In this document: positions 63,156 through 64,000 of the stretch, in pieces
How the letters are laid out: each line of letters starts with the position of its first letter
How positions within the stretch are numbered: the first letter of the stretch is position 1
Assembly: GCF_006345805.1 (NCBI RefSeq)
Contig: NC_043018.1
Coordinates: 26,784,001 to 26,848,000, forward strand
From: Octopus sinensis
Taxonomy: Eukaryota
Reading direction: 5' to 3'
DNA length: 64,000 nucleotides
Made by a program: the position numbers and the translations under genes
The notes under the pieces: model-generated
Database searches by the model: none
Told to the model about the DNA's origin: nothing
The model's input: only the letters and a program-made list of their open reading frames with translations

Positions 63156-63325
63156 TATACGACAGGCTTCTTTCAGTTTCCGTCTACCAAACCCACTCAC
63201 AAGGCATTGGTCGGCCCGGGGCTATAGCAGAAGACACTTGCCCATGATGCCATGCAGTGGGACTGAACCCAGAACCATGTGGTTGGTTAGCAAGCTACTT
63301 ACCACACAGCCACTCTTGCGCCTAT
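60679..63325 (-). mobile_element. SINE family B split by a Helitron insertion (halves 60679-60979 and 63114-63325)
   Basis: The two halves rejoin into a complete family B copy across its internal (AT)n tract. Confidence 0.9.
60980..63113 (+). mobile_element. Non-autonomous Helitron (about 2.1 kb) containing a nested RTE 3' fragment (about 62735-63046, minus)
   Basis: 5' A|TCTATATAAAA, 3' hairpin ACCCGC-gcgtaga-GCGGGT, then CTAG|T at 63110-63114. No TSD. Confidence 0.85.
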
Positions 63326-63400
63326 GCATTTGTTGTTGTTTCTGGCTGATAGGATGTGCACCAGAAAATGTTTCCTCTGAGGTATATTACAGCCTCCGAG

Positions 63401-63621
63401 GTGGCCGAAACGTTAGCACGCCGGGCAAAATGTGTAGCCGTATTTCGTCTGCCATTACGTTCTACGTTCAAATTCTGCTGAGGTCGACTTTGCCTTTCAC
63501 CCTTTCGGGGTCGATAAATTAAGTACCAGTTATGCATTGTGGTCGATGTAATTGACTTAATCCGTTTGTCTGTCCTTGTTTGTCCCCTCTGTGTTCAGCC
63601 CCTTGTGGGTAGTAAAGAAAT
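63401..63621 (+). mobile_element. SINE family A monomer with 21-bp TSD
   Basis: aggtatattacagcctccgag at 63380-63400 and 63622-63642. Confidence 0.92.
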
Positions 63622-64000
63622 AGGTATATTACAGCCTCCGAGCCTAATAAAAAAAAAAGCAGGGTCAGTTTGAACATAAAGCAGGTAGAATATTTTGGTA
63701 AGATATGGCTTGTTTAAATGCTAAAGGTTCAAAGTCATTCTCAAGACACCTGTTATAGAAATTCATTATTATTTCTTCAATTGTCCGTCAGGGTTAGCTT
63801 TGTCTCTTGTCCTTTCAGGGTGGATGAAATAAGTACCAGTTGAACACTAGGGGGGGGGACAATGCAATTGATTTACCACCCACCCCCTAAAAATTGCTGG
63901 CCTTGTACCAAAATTTGAAATGATTATTTCTTCAACAGTTTCATGCAAGTCTCTGCTGCTACACCTAGGGTACCTCCATGTTCCTCACAAGTGTGCGGCA

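Noticed and set aside
9067-63247. Recurring short ORFs such as MSSNARGTNTDT... and ...RQASFSFRLPNPLT...
   Set aside because: They are antisense translations of SINE family B copies, not a gene family.

Overview
Eukaryotic, AT-rich, microsatellite-saturated animal DNA. The tRNA-derived SINE families, RTE/CR1/Penelope remnants and huge (TA/TG/CA)n tracts look like an Octopus (coleoid cephalopod) genome; this is inferred from repeat content, not from a database match. Only one host-gene exon is confidently recognisable: the first coding exon of a fatty-acid transport protein / very-long-chain acyl-CoA synthetase (SLC27A/FATP family) at 21666-21829 (+). No later FATP exon was recognised in the following 42 kb, so most of the window is probably its first intron. 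The rest is mobile DNA: a near-intact full-length CR1-group LINE (about 52.6-58.3 kb; ORF1 with PHD and CCCH zinc fingers, ORF2 with APE endonuclease and RT), a Penelope-like RT fragment, RTE and CR1 3' fragments from several families, mariner/Tc1/pogo remnants, two non-autonomous Helitrons, piggyBac-, hAT- and Merlin-like MITEs, and many SINEs, some as concatemers. Best leads: (1) an HIV-type U_UUU_UUA -1 slippery site in the correct phase where the AUG-less ORF2 frame of the LINE opens; (2) three hammerhead-ribozyme motifs from two families; (3) a perfect 60-bp inverted repeat and a fold-back junction fusing a LINE to a Penelope element; (4) a three-level SINE/Helitron/RTE nesting. Almost all supplied ORFs are microsatellite or SINE artefacts.
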